Below, one piece after another: positions 51,853 through 64,000 of a stretch of 64,000 nucleotides of DNA. This DNA comes from Antedon mediterranea (taxonomy: Eukaryota; Animalia; Echinodermata): assembly GCF_964355755.1 (NCBI RefSeq), contig NC_092676.1, forward strand, positions 563,788 through 627,787, given 5' to 3'. Each line of letters starts with the position of its first letter. The stretch's first letter is position 1. The position numbers were made by a program, and so were the translations under genes. The notes under the pieces were generated by a model that saw only the letters and a list, made by a program, of their open reading frames with translations, did not search any database and was not told the origin of the DNA.

Positions 51853-52640
51853 TTTATTTTATTTATTTATTTCCCAACCAACAGTGAGCTCATGTTTCAC
51901 CACTTACAGGAGGGAACACAGACAAACACGAACATATACAATAAAAAACATTAAACTAAACTACTAACAATGTCACGAAACTTACGGAAATTATTACTAA
52001 AGATATCTAACTCAGGGTTTCTTAAAGTAAAAGAATTATAAGTTTGACTTAATCTACTACTAAAACCATTTTTTAAAACATTTACTCTACTAAAAGGAAT
52101 ATGAAAAGTAGTATTTCTTCTAAGACGACGACTAGGGACTCTAAGGTAAAAATTACTAACTAAGTTACAGTCAAATAAAGAATTAATACATTTATACAAA
52201 AAAACAAGATCAAAAAAGGTTCTACGGGACTCAGGAGATCGGACATGGAAATGAAAGTCAGGATTCTGGTTGTGGCTGATGTAGCGTAAAAAACGGTTAT
52301 GCAGACGCTGAATGCGCGTAGACTGAGTTTTCGAAAGAGAATAAAAAATAACAGAACTACAGTTGAGAATTGGATGGATAATTGAATAATAAAGGTGGAT
52401 TTTGGTTTACAATTACGCCACATCAGCCCAAGCAGTCTATTGCACTTGCCAACAAGATAATCAATATGAAAAGAAAAACAAAGGGAACTATCAATAAAAA
52501 CACAAAGATCTTTTTGCGATTGCACCCTATTAATGGGATTGTCATTAATTAAATAATTATACAATAAAATGTTCTTTTTCAAAGTAATAGTAAATATATT
52601 ACACTTAACTGGATTGAGGGACATACCCCATAAATCATGC
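51853..52640 (-). mobile_element. 5'-truncated CR1-clade LINE (C-terminal ORF2 plus (aataa)n tail)
   Basis: WGMSLNPVKC, RVQSQKDLCVFIDSSLCFSFHID and KCNRLLGLMWRN motifs with frameshifts, and an aataaataa tail at 51853-51872. Confidence 0.85.
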
Positions 52641-53904
52641 AAAGTAAACAATTAGTTTTGCCGAAACATCATATTTTGACTTCCACCCCAGAAATTGGTC
52701 TTATATGGCCTCTATTTATACAAGTATGGTTATTTAAATTCAAATCTTTTGTACACTATACGGACTCTTTTTATTTATTGTTGTGTAGGCTTTTCAAAAC
52801 AAACATGATGAATGAGTTTTATGGTATTGTTATAACCTTTATAATATTGAACTAGTGAAATACATACAATTTATTTGGAAGTTGCACTCTAAAAAGGGAT
52901 GTCTAGTGGAGGAAGGCGTGTCTGACTTAACATACAGTACAACTCTTAATATTCATTATACACACAAAAAGTACAAATTGAAATACTCATGTTAGATTTG
53001 TGTTAGTTTAAAAATAAAAAATTAATATATATATCATTGTTTTATAATACTTGCTTTATAATAAAATAATGTTGAGGTGGTTTGAAGCTTACAGCTTACA
53101 TGACCCTTCTCTCTCTCACTTAATGTAAACAAACTAAGCCATGCTTTCAACAAGATGCAAATGTGGCATACTAGTGAGTAACTTATGTAAAGGTAACACA
53201 GGCTGTTCCATAAGTTAATCACTCAAAATTTAAAAACAACATTGCAGAATATAGCTTTTATTGAAGCGAGATGGAAGTTCAACAGATTACTATAGTTTGG
53301 ATTTAAGGTCACACGTCTTTGTTTGTATCAAAGCTATTGTTAACTCAAGTCCAACAGAAGACATCAAGGTTATAATACACAATAAAAAGCAACAACAATG
53401 TTTGTTTAAAATCAAAACTGACAGTGAAAAAATGTTGATTTATTTTGTAGACAGTCAAATTTTGAAATCAAAACTGATGACAGTGAAAAAATGTTGCTTT
53501 ATTTTTATATTCACATTATTTTGCTCCATATTTTAACGATAGCTAAGTTGATTGGAAAAGGAGGCCTTATTTGTAGCCAAGAGTCTACCCAAGGTTTGAT
53601 AGAAATAGTAAATTTAGGAAATGAGAACTTTGTTATCCAGCAATACTGCTGTGGATGATAAACATGGGGGATGGGGATCAGGTGTAAATTAAAGATGCCT
53701 TTAAAAACTGCATCCAATCATGCATGGTCCTGATCATCTGTTGATGCTGAGATTAATTAATATTAATAGATATAGGCCTAGGCCCTATTCTATAATAATA
53801 CATTCAATTTATTATAACATTTTATATTTAGGCTATATTCATTTATTATAGGCTAGGCCTCTAGGCGCATAATAAATAAATTAAGCCTTGGCCTAGGTAA
53901 TTAA

Positions 53905-54725
53905 CACGTTCACTGCCACGGCATATTTATACGTCAAAAATTGCGTGTCGCTACTTGCCAAGACGTAATACTACGTCAAAACCGTAGCACTTTTGTATTG
54001 TATGTAGAATTGCTGGCAGTGGTGATTGGAACAGGAATTATCGCATGGCAGTTTATGAATGATGTACGTAAACGATAATCTAAAAATAAATGTCATATGT
54101 TTGTTTGTGTTTATTCCCTCATGCATTGAATATGGTTGATACGATGGCGCCCTCACACTCAATATAATCATCTCAAACATGTCATAAATTGCGCTAATAG
54201 TAAATAAAAATAATAAAGGATGAAATGATTCAGTGTGGTTTACTGTTTTTATCTCTCGATGATAGGGTGGGTCAGAGGATGGGGGTCAGATATTGACCCC
54301 AGCTTGTGACGTCATTGGAAATAAATACTTTATCTACATCATCTTCATCGTCTGCCATAAGTATAGCTATAGCTTGGTCAGCACTAATGTTTCCCGCCAT
54401 TGTGAAAAGCAATGTGGGCACTGATGTACCGCATGCACGTGGACAATGACGTATGAGCGTGGACAATGACGTATATGAACAGTTTGACCGATTTTAGCGC
54501 GGAAAATTCCCGACGTATATTTACGTTCCTGGCAAAGTCAATAAAATTGTTGGACCATTGCCAGTGACGTATTTATACGTCTCAACGGTTTTTCCCGCCA
54601 TCGTATTTTGAATGACATCATGATAGTCTGTGACCAGATGTTACACTTTCAAACTGTAATTTAATATGTAAACGGGACTTGGCACTGGGACAGAAATTAC
54701 GGAAAATGCCTTGGCAGTCAATGTG
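53905..54725 (-). mobile_element. Internally deleted piggyBac-like element
   Basis: TTAA TSD on both sides. TIRs CACGTTCACTGCCACGGCAT and CACATTGACTGCCAAGGCAT match at 17/20. An acidic ORF start MAGNISADQAIAILMADDEDDVD begins at 54400. Confidence 0.8.
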
Positions 54726-55063
54726 TTAATAATATAATATTAAATAATCAACGTTTAAACTTGCACAATATATACTGTACTGTATTACTACATGGTCCCG
54801 GATTCATTCTCGTCAATACAAGCAAGGTAGGCGTGAGGTAGAGTAGTAGGCCTAGTTAGTAGTAAAGCTAGCCTAGCTACTCTAGGCTCCTCTATATAGT
54901 ATAGGCCTAAGTACTAGGCACTAGGCTAGGCCTAGGCCTTGCTTCAGACGAGTTGTCGTCCTCCCTTCTCAGTTATAACTTGCTCAGTTGCTGTATATAA
55001 TAATGTAAAGTAGATTACTTTAAATTACAAAAAGTAGTATTCTCCAAACACAAAATTACATAC

Positions 55064-55285
55064 CACATTACGAAGTGAATTTATCAAGAAACAACACAGA
55101 ATGTCTTGACGCAAATTCTTATGACAGGCCGCACTCTACAAAAGTTCACGCCCCACTCTACGCGATCCTTCCCCGCCGTACGTGACGTGCGATGCGAGTA
55201 GTCAGCGATCGTACGTCGTCGACTTTTCTTCCGTGTGTGATTTTGTAAAAGATGGCGACAAATTTAACGATAGAGGGCGCATGTA
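55064..55285 (-). promoter_or_regulatory. Putative WASF promoter and non-coding exon 1, splicing to the acceptor at 47847
   Basis: Local CpG-rich patch, YY1-type aagatggcg at 55249, GTATGT donor at 55063. The first coding exon is preceded by a strong acceptor 23 nt before its ATG. Confidence 0.55.
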
Positions 55286-55675
55286 AATTAATTTTTTTTT
55301 TTCTTGTGTGCAAAATGATTTGTATCACTTGATTTTTAGTTCTCTTGTTGAGCACAGAGAATTAAATATTTCTTCAGTAATTAATTAATTTTTGAATGAA
55401 TGGAACAAGAATTGCTGCTGACTGCAAATACACAATATTTAAAACAAAAGAATTATTGCAATAAGTTTTTGCAATAAGAAAAGTGCAATAATTTTTTATA
55501 AACTTTAGTGACTTTAAACTAATAACTGCTTACAAACAGAATTAATGTATATTCATTTAATTCTAATATCTGATGTGTTCAATTCTCATCTATATTACTG
55601 CAATAAATCAATAACAAATATGCAAAATATATCAAAATATAACAAGTTTAATTTTTGATTTATAAATCTGTTTGA

Positions 55676-56620
55676 TTAAACTGTTGATGTACCAAGTTTT
55701 TCTTTCACTTTATCGTCAATGTTTGTGTAATATTTTAGTTTTGCTAGGACGTCTCTCGCTTCTTTCAACTGGTCATTCTTAAATAGCTCTGCAAGTTGTA
55801 TCATTAACTCTTTAATATTCAATTCATTTTCTTCACCAATTTTCTTTACAATTTCTAGGTTGGTTGTATCGGACAACTCTTCATTTAACTCCATCATATC
55901 CATAAGAAATACTTTATCGACCATTGAGTCGCCTTCTTCGATTGGGTGGCCTAGAAGTTCCAATAGATACAATCCTCTATTTAAAGGTTTTAATAATGTT
56001 GAATATGCTTTGTTGACAGCAGAGGACTGCCCAGCTGAGAATTCTTGTTCCTTAGGAGACTTCTGACTGAACTTATCTGGATGAAGTAAGCGTTGAAAAT
56101 TTCGGAATGTTTGAGTAAGTTCTTTTGTGTCAATGTCAAATGATTTTAGTAAACTCATTCTTTGAAAATAGTCAATATTTTCTTGACATGGTTGAATCAT
56201 TTTGCAAGATTCACAAAAAAAATTTACGCCAATCTCAGGATGTGAATTTGAAGCTAAACAATTCCAACATATTGATGAAGTATGGCAAAAACGAATTGGA
56301 CTGCATGTATCGTATCCAACGAGATGCTTAGGCCCAATAACCTTACACATACCACTCCCAAAACGAGCGGACGATATGGCCTTAGTTGCAACATGATCGC
56401 CAGTCTTCAGAAAAATTTCTGGGCCTGGCGAACCGTCCAACATTCTAACACGATATTTATAGTTACATAAGCTTGAAAAAGCCCTAAAATTACATATCTT
56501 ATTTACTTCAATAATATGTACATTACTTGGTTTTGGTAATATACATTTAAACTTCACAAAACACTGCCGTAACACAAATTTAGAACTTTGGATTCGAAAC
56601 ATTACCATGGGCGCTGCCAT
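55676..56620 (-). CDS. HSCB: Mitochondrial Fe-S cluster co-chaperone HscB/HSC20, single exon, 314 aa
   Basis: CWNC...FFCESC metal site, DYF, J-domain LHPDKF, AYSTLLKPLNRGLYLL, FLMDMMELNE and KLKYY. Kozak context aaaATGG at 56620. Confidence 0.95.
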   Translation of the reverse strand: MAAPMVMFRIQSSKFVLRQCFVKFKCILPKPSNVHIIEVNKICNFRAFSSLCNYKYRVRMLDGSPGPEIFLKTGDHVATKAISSARFGSGMCKVIGPKHLVGYDTCSPIRFCHTSSICWNCLASNSHPEIGVNFFCESCKMIQPCQENIDYFQRMSLLKSFDIDTKELTQTFRNFQRLLHPDKFSQKSPKEQEFSAGQSSAVNKAYSTLLKPLNRGLYLLELLGHPIEEGDSMVDKVFLMDMMELNEELSDTTNLEIVKKIGEENELNIKELMIQLAELFKNDQLKEARDVLAKLKYYTNIDDKVKEKLGTSTV

Positions 56621-56730
56621 TTTGTTTATTTGCAATTATAGAGGGCGCCAAAGGTAAACAAACTTTACGGCGTGTTACGTTATCGGAAATAAGTTCATAA
56701 CAAAAATAAGAACTAATTTATTTGCTAATT
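56621..56730. promoter_or_regulatory. 110-bp spacer between the HSCB and CLYBL start codons; bidirectional promoter
   Basis: Divergent ATGs at 56620 and 56731. Contains tagagggcgc and an ETS-like cggaaat. Confidence 0.7.
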
Positions 56731-59639
56731 ATGAATTTTTCTTTAGCCAAACACATTGCTCACTCATATTTTAAACATTATAGATTAATTTCATGTAAAA
56801 GATGGGTTAGGTCTAGAATTAACTCTTCAGATATAGACGTTCAAATGCTAGGCCCTGCCTCGTCAATCAGAAGGCAATCGGTTTTCACACCTCGGCGGGC
56901 CGTGATGTATGTTCCCGGGAGTGAACAAAAAAAGTTAGGAAAGTTAGAGGGCCTAGCAGTAGATTGTGCTGTGATGGATTGTGAAGATGGAGTGGCGATT
57001 AACAGAAAGGTTTTTTTCGTCTATTCTATTTTGTCTTACTAGGCCTACTGTATTCAATTTAAATTTTTTACACTGTGAACTCACAAATCTGTAAATCCTA
57101 ATATAGTAATAATATTACAGTAATTATATGTTGTTAAAAAGCAGCAGTGAATCCCAAAACAGTATCATCGTTTTTTTTTTATGCAGGATGTAGCCAGAGA
57201 AAACATCAGAGCATCACTTGACTCTTTATCAACGCCGGGTGTAGGCGACTTGGCTGTTAGAATAAATGCTATGGATTCTGGGATAGTATCGGATGACTTA
57301 AATATAATTTACAAAGCTCATAATTTACCAAAAACCTTAATGCTTCCCAAAGTTAACAGTCAGAAAGATTTAAATTTGGTGAGAAGATAATTACTTTTAT
57401 TTGTGATATTTTGTCTTGTGTACATGTACCTTTAAAAACTGTTGTGTGTTTGTATAATACCATTTATGTATTGGAAGCAGTGTTTAAAATTAAAACTACT
57501 TCTGAAAATATTTGACTTAATTTTATTGTTTTTTCAGTTTTCTGAAATCTTTGTAGATGTTTTGAGGAGAAAGAATTGCCCAAATTATAAAGCAAAGCTT
57601 GTCATATTCACTGAGAGTGCTATTGGTCTTATAAACTTGAAGGATATTCTACAAGAAGGCATGGAACTTTCTAAGACTCTTCCATTCCAGCTTGAAGGGG
57701 TGGTTTTTGGATCAGATGATTTTTGTGCTGACATCGGCAAGTGTTATTTTGAAAATCTTATTTACAGATGTACATAGTTATCACTTTTTCCATTTAATAT
57801 TTTTTTTTGTGTAATTTTTTGTGTGCTTTATTTTATTTTGTTAATCCTTATGAATTCTATTTATTTTAATTTTTGTTGTTGCATGTTTATGTCTTGTCAT
57901 GATGTATGTTGTTGCATGTTTATGTCTTGTCATGCTGTATGTTGTTGCATGTTTATGTCTTGTCATGCTGTATGTTGTTGCATGTTTATGTCTTGTCATG
58001 CTGTATGTTGTTGCATGTTTATGTCTTGTCATGCTGTATGTTGTTGCATGTTTATGTCTTGTCATGCTGTATGTTGTTGCATGTTTATTATGTCTTGTCA
58101 TGCTGTATGTTGTTGCATGTTTATGTCTTGTCATGCTGTATGTTGTTGCATGTTTATGTCTTGTCATGCTGTATGTTGTTGCATGTTTATGTCTTGTCAT
58201 GCTGTATGTTGTTGCATGTTTATGTCTTGTCATGCTGTATGTTGTTGCATGTTTATGTCTTGTCATGCTGTATGTTGTTGCATGTTTATTATGTCTTGTC
58301 ATGCTGTATGTTGTTGCATGTTTATTATGTCTTGTCATGCTGTATGTTGTTGCATGTTTTATGTCTTGTCATGCTGTATGTTGTTGCATGTTTATGTCTT
58401 GTCATGCTGTATGTTGTTGCATGTTTATGTCTTGTCATGCTGTATGTTGTTGCATGTTTATGTCTTGTCATGCTGTATGTTTGTGATGGACCACTCTCAT
58501 AAAATATTGTTGAAATAAATTTTAAAAAAAAGTAACCATTTAAAATACTTCAGAAATTTATACCTTATACCCCTTATTAGGTTCAAAAATTAAATAATTG
58601 TGTTTGTTTTCTAACTTCCTTTTATAGGTGCAAGTAGAACAGAAGGAGCCAACGAATTGTTGTATGCACGACAAAAGGTTGTTACAACAGCAAAAGCATT
58701 TGGATTGCAAGCAATTGATTTAGTTCACATTAATTTTCGTGGTAAGTTAGGAAGTTGTTCTAAGGCTGCGTTCACACGTAGAGGGCAAGGTTGGCGTGCC
58801 TCTTATGCAAGTCGTAAAGTAATCCAAAGCATTTGATTACAAGCTATCTATCTTCTAACTACTGTAAAGCTCTGTCTACACTTCCTATCAAACTTTATGT
58901 GACAAAAAAATGTGATGTACCCATATATGGACATGATGATGTCATATCACTACCATATTTTGGCACATTGCATTTTTTTTGTCAAACTAGTTTGATAGTG
59001 TAGACAGAGCTTTTGGTTAGGGATCTGGATGCTGTAATAGATCAGAAAATAAGGTTAGCTTAAATTGCTGCCAGTACAAAAGCATCATTTTGCAGAAATG
59101 ATGATGGCAATATTTAAAGCCTAATAATAAAAATAGCTAAAATTCCTTTTTTTTAAACAGATCTCAAGTCTCTTGAGAAACAATCACTAGAAGGAGCGAC
59201 TATGGGCTTTACTGGTAAGCAGGTCATTCACCCCAATCAGGTGGACGTGGTTCAACGAGCATTCAGTCCATCTGATGAGAAAGTTGAATGGGCTCAAGAA
59301 CTCATCAAAGAATTTGAAAATCACCAACAGTCAGGAAAGGTAAAGTTGTTGTCATGTCTGAGGTTTGGGGAAACTCTCCCAAAACTGAACACATTTGGGC
59401 TCGCCTAATATGTCAGATTTTCTGGAAATTCCGGTATTCCGAGAATTTTTTATAATTGTAAATATGAATTTGGAAACTTTTGTACCGATATTGATATTGC
59501 AATCAAGCAATGTATGAAAATGTTTTTGTTTTTTTAGGGTGCAATGACCTTCCGAGGCAGTATGATAGACATGCCATTAGTATTACAAGCTAAGAACATC
59601 CTAAGTCTTGTGAACACCAACAATAATGTGAAAAGGTGA
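56731..59639 (+). CDS. CLYBL: Mitochondrial citramalyl-CoA lyase (CLYBL), 354 aa. Exons 56731-57009, 57187-57378, 57538-57736 (GC donor), 58628-58741, 59161-59339, 59538-59639
   Basis: PRRAVMYVPG, VDCAVMDCEDGVA, VRIN, LMLPKV, VVFGSDDF, LYARQK..AKAFGLQAIDLV, MGFTGKQVIHPNQ and GSMIDMP. Confidence 0.95.
57873..58480 (+). repeat. 33-bp minisatellite (tgttgttgcatgtttatgtcttgtcatgctgta), about 18 copies, in the CLYBL GC-AG intron
   Basis: Direct tandem units. They explain the Cys/His-rich ORFs. Confidence 0.97.
58868..59011. mobile_element. MITE family 2 copy (a truncated copy also lies at about 63664-63787)
   Basis: TAA|AGCTCTGTCTACACT ... AGTGTAGACAGAGCT. Confidence 0.85.
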
Positions 59640-59966
59640 CAGACTAAGAACACAGCAAGATTAACTACCCATGATGCTCCAGCTCTTGCCAACTGAAATA
59701 CCAAGATTCAAATTCTATGTTTACTATTTACTGTATAGCTTTGTGATTAGTGTAGGTTTAAAATAATCATTTTGGGACATATGGCGTGTCATACCTATAC
59801 AAGAAACATGGGGGCAGGTCTACAATCTGATTAATAAATCATAAGACATAAAATAAAGAAAAAATGACATCTTATTGAGTTTGAAATATTTAATAAAGTT
59901 ATTGTAATTGCTATTATACATGATCTAGTATGTAATATACATACAATATTATGGCCTGGTTATGGG

Positions 59967-62900
59967 TTAGTATTCTAACACCTCTCTGCCTTGTTCAATT
60001 TGTTGGATTACAACTTCTCCACCTGACCCCAGATGACCTAACAACGACTTGTATGTCCTCCTGAAAATAAACAAACAAAATAATTTCATATTACTGTAAC
60101 TATCAACCTTTCTGGGGATGTCATAGTTTGTTAAATAGTGTATAGGAATTCACATCAAACAGGTTTGTTCTTTGACATACATTTCAAAATTATATGAAAG
60201 TCAGTTATTTATAAAATTCATCATTTAGTAATAATTTTACCTGATTCGGTTATCGGTGCCAGCACCTCTCTTCATCTCACATTTTGCAAGTAGTTCATTC
60301 AAATATGGAATCATGTCATACATCGGGAGAGGGTAGAGGGCAGCAACACTTTCAAGCACTTGAAACGTACTAGACTGATGAACTTGAAGATTGCGATCTA
60401 CAAATTTTTGTAATATGGACGATAAATCTTTGCTGTAAAAAAAGAAAATAATTTGTTTTTGGAATAACAGAATATAAAATCAAACAATATATTTTTTTCC
60501 CGTATTGACCATTAAGCAACGTTTCTTACTGGTATTTAAGCACTTACTTAATATTTTTATCTGCACTGCTCTTACAAGCCTGCATCATAATCACTAAAAT
60601 CTGAGATGCCTGTCGTTTCAGTCCACCATTATCGCACATCAACAAATAATTCAAAATTGTGTCTAAAAGTGGTGCTGCATTTCTGTACAAAAACATACAC
60701 ATTATTACTGTATAATAAAATGTTGTGTTTTAAAATATTCAATTCAATGCAAGTCTATTTTATACTGTAATCAGAAATCTCATAAAATACATTTTTTTAC
60801 AATGTTGTATAAGCTGCTGACCATAATTCTATGACAGACCATAGAGAAATATTGGGTAGAAGGTACATCACATCTTTGCATGCAAGATTACCTTTCACAA
60901 GTCACAACTACTTGTAACACGGAAATTCAAATATTGTCATTACAGTTATCTTTTAATACAAACACATTATACAGTATGTAACTGGATCCCACAAATGTAT
61001 ATACAGTATTTATAGTTTTGTTGCATAGAAAGAAAGGGTCATATAAGCTATTTAGGTTGTTAACTGACCTATTAACATCAAGCAAGTATACGTTTTGAAA
61101 TGGTTATATTATAGATCAATGTAAAATGTTAGTATCATATTAATTTCAATGTCTTACTTAGCTGTCTCATTTGCTAAACTAGTCCTGGTAAATAGTTCAT
61201 GAACAAACTGGAGTGCATTGGCTGCCTGGCTTGGTGCCTGCTGGCCTTTTAACGCAATAAATCTGGACCTTAAAACTTCAATTACAAACTGCCTCAGCTT
61301 TCTGTAGTTTAAAAATAAAAAACTTAAATACATAATAAAGTTATATTATTATATATTTCGGAAACACAGCAAACTTTTTGCAATTTATTATTATATTTTT
61401 ATAATTTATATCAGCTAAATTTATAATTTAATTTGTAAAGATAATTACTGTCTGTAAACCAACCTCATGTGTGGAGTTGGATTGTGTCGTTGAGATGGAT
61501 ATAGAGTGACCTATGAAATAAAGTAAATATATCAAACGTATACAAGTGCATTCTATGATGAAGATTTCTATGATGAAAAAATTGTTTAAAGCTCTGCTGG
61601 CCAACACAACCACCATAATTGATATACTCACCAACAATGGGTGATTGGCAGTTACACTGTTACTATTTGGCATCAGAGATGATTTCTAAAATATAAAATA
61701 TATCAAAATATTAATATTCTTGTTCAATAGCTTTTTATATAAATAAGCAATGAAGTAAAAAGCACACTGTTGTCCAAAGGTTCTACAAGAAAACTATTAG
61801 GCCAAAAATTGCTTATTCAAAGAATAACAAATTAAAAACAATTACTTACAATTGCAAATCTGATAAAATATTGTTGTACGATTTCCTGCATCTTCTGTCG
61901 AATGAACCCGTCTTTGTGGAAGTCCAATGTTGACAAGCCTTCAAGAAACTTAAAAAAGTAATTTAATTTAAAATATCTTCATTTCAATTTTCTAACCTAT
62001 TGTAGTAGGCCTAGCAAATTATTGAATATATAGCCATATATGTACAGTACATACAAGTGATAAGGATATCATCCCTATGAGCCCTTGCCTAAAAACCCAC
62101 ATTCTTCAACAACCATGATTGAAAGTGGATTTCTTCATATCTATATTTCACCTGCTTCATTTTAGACCAACAGACAACTCACCAAGTTAAGTGTGTCTCT
62201 GATTGCACTTAGCATGTTAGTTGGTAGTGTCTTGTTAGGGTTGAAGATAAGAGGTGGTAGCAGTAGTTCACTGATTAGACCTGGTAACTGTGATTGGTGA
62301 GGCTTGCTCTAAAAATAAAAATGAGCACAATTTATATTTTGTTTCATAAATTTGAGATGTAAGACACAAAGGAACAAGAGAATGAGAACATTTTAACAAT
62401 TTCTTTTTCTTTTTATATTGTATATGTATGCTTCATATGGACAGTTTGTCGGAAATAAAGTTGAATTTAATTGAATGGTCTTGTCTTTTAATTACTCTAC
62501 CATACCTGAACATACAACACAGGAGCACAATCTCTTACAATATAACCAATTGCTCTGTAAAGCCATTTCAGTTCCGCTTCAGCTGCGCTTGACTTCTTCA
62601 ATGAAAACTGGATCAGTTTAACAAGATCACCAAATAGTTGTAGCGTCTCCTTCCGAAACTGAATCTTTTCTTGCAAGTTCTGAAAATAAAACTTGATCTT
62701 TAAAAGTAAGAAACTTAGAAAATGATTAAGCTACAGACTAAACGTAAAGGAATTGTGACATACTTAAGTTTGCATTCTTACTAACCTTTGCAGAAGCAAA
62801 ACGTTGTCCAAGACATCTTACAAACTGGCTGAATTCAGGCTCATTGGTATCTGGTAACTGTGCCTGCATTTTAAATACACATTTTAATTAAATAATCTTT

Positions 62901-63913
62901 ACATTATAGTTTATAGACTTCACAGTAGGCCTATTGAGGGAAGAGTGAAATACCAATCGACAGGTTGGTGGCAGCATATTCAGTAATGGGACCAAAGAGG
63001 TACTTTATTGTTTTGTGAATAAACTAAGAATAAACAAAACAATAAAGAACAATAGCAATTTAATTGGATTAGCACACTTTAACAGCTCATGAGTTTTCCA
63101 CTCTTCCTGGCCTACTGTGATGCAATCATTTATTTTAGCCTTTTAAATTAGCCATCCAACTAGTCTGCAACAAGAAAAGTTATTAAAAGAAGACAACTTA
63201 CACGGTTTCCTAATATGGTAGTCATTGCTGGAAGCTTGTAAATAAGTCTGGTAAACTCCTGTAGTTCATCTGCATTTTGATTGGTCAATATTGAACACCT
63301 GACCCAAGCATGAATGAGGGTGGGTTGATAGGCTTCTCCGTAGTGTTTTTCTACTTTTTGCATGAGGGCAGTGTTTGGTAGAAGATGGCAAAGATAGCGC
63401 AATGAAATACTGAAAAGAAGAAACTAAATATACATAAAGTGATTGTATTAAATACATTGTCATTCTTGCACTGTATAATAATATTAAGAAATTGTTGTTT
63501 TTGGAGAAAAGGTAAAAGGTTTTAAATAAATAAAACAGATACAAACCTGAAATGTACGCTTGTGTCAGCTACACCAAAATAATTGAAAATATCCAACATT
63601 TTTTCTTGTGGTTCCGTCAAATTATCTTCCCTGTAAAACAAAACAAAAAATAATGAGTTTTTAAGCTCAGTCTACACTATCAAATATATGTGACAAAAAA
63701 ATGTGATGTGCCCAAATATGGTAGTGATATGCTCAAATATGGTAGTGATGTGCTTAAATATGGTAGAGATAAGACATCATCATGTCACTTACATGTCTGA
63801 GGCCAGCATAGTGAAACTAGCAGCAACGTCAGCAAGTAAACAATTTGGTTTAGAATTTGATGAACTTGATTTCACAAAAGAGTAAAAGTTATTCCATAAT
63901 CTTTGAATCAAAT
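59967..63913 (-). CDS. MMS22L: MMS22-like DNA repair protein, 3' part. Exons 63913-63793, 63630-63547, 63409-63202, 62863-62786, 62679-62506, 62308-62183, 61948-61850, 61685-61632, 61510-61464, 61301-61158, 60682-60548, 60432-60241, 60060-59967
   Basis: Thirteen in-phase GT-AG exons. LADVAASFTMLASDM, LLLPP..LPTNMLSAI, HPLL and the terminal YKSLLGHLG resemble the MMS22L C-terminal half as I recall it. The 5' part is outside the window. Confidence 0.85.
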
Positions 63914-64000
63914 CTGAAACAACAAAAGTTAGTAATGAATAAATAAATGGTAAAATCACAATAATTTATTCAATGGATGAAGCATCAAAATGTCCTCTCT

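Noticed and set aside
56621-56635. HSCB start at 56635 and CLYBL start at 56722 as given by the ORF track
   Set aside because: These are TTG starts from a prokaryote-style caller. The first ATGs are at 56620 and 56731.
57823-58518. Cys/His/Met-rich ORFs resembling a metallothionein
   Set aside because: They are translations of the 33-bp intronic repeat, which is open in several frames on both strands.

Overview
AT-rich, intron-rich eukaryotic DNA, most likely a marine invertebrate (species not determinable). There is no prokaryotic content, CRISPR array or rRNA. Five conserved genes can be rebuilt by hand: an NADP-type malic enzyme (+, with two alternative first coding exons), WASF/WAVE (-), an intronless HSCB (-), CLYBL (+, head-to-head with HSCB, one GC-AG intron) and the 3' 13 exons of MMS22L (-). 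A probable first exon of an unidentified minus-strand gene lies at about 6.1 kb. Introns and spacers hold many non-autonomous DNA transposons (Kolobok-, Harbinger-, piggyBac-, hAT-, Academ- and P-like), LINE/SINE relics and very homogeneous minisatellites. The top finding is in WAVE. It carries two paralogous, frame-incompatible versions of the regulatory 'meander' exon about 6 kb apart. Sequence just after donor A is complementary to sequence just before acceptor B, including G-U-compatible differences, suggesting mutually exclusive splicing enforced by long-range RNA pairing. All coordinates were read manually; family assignments come from motif recall, not database searches.
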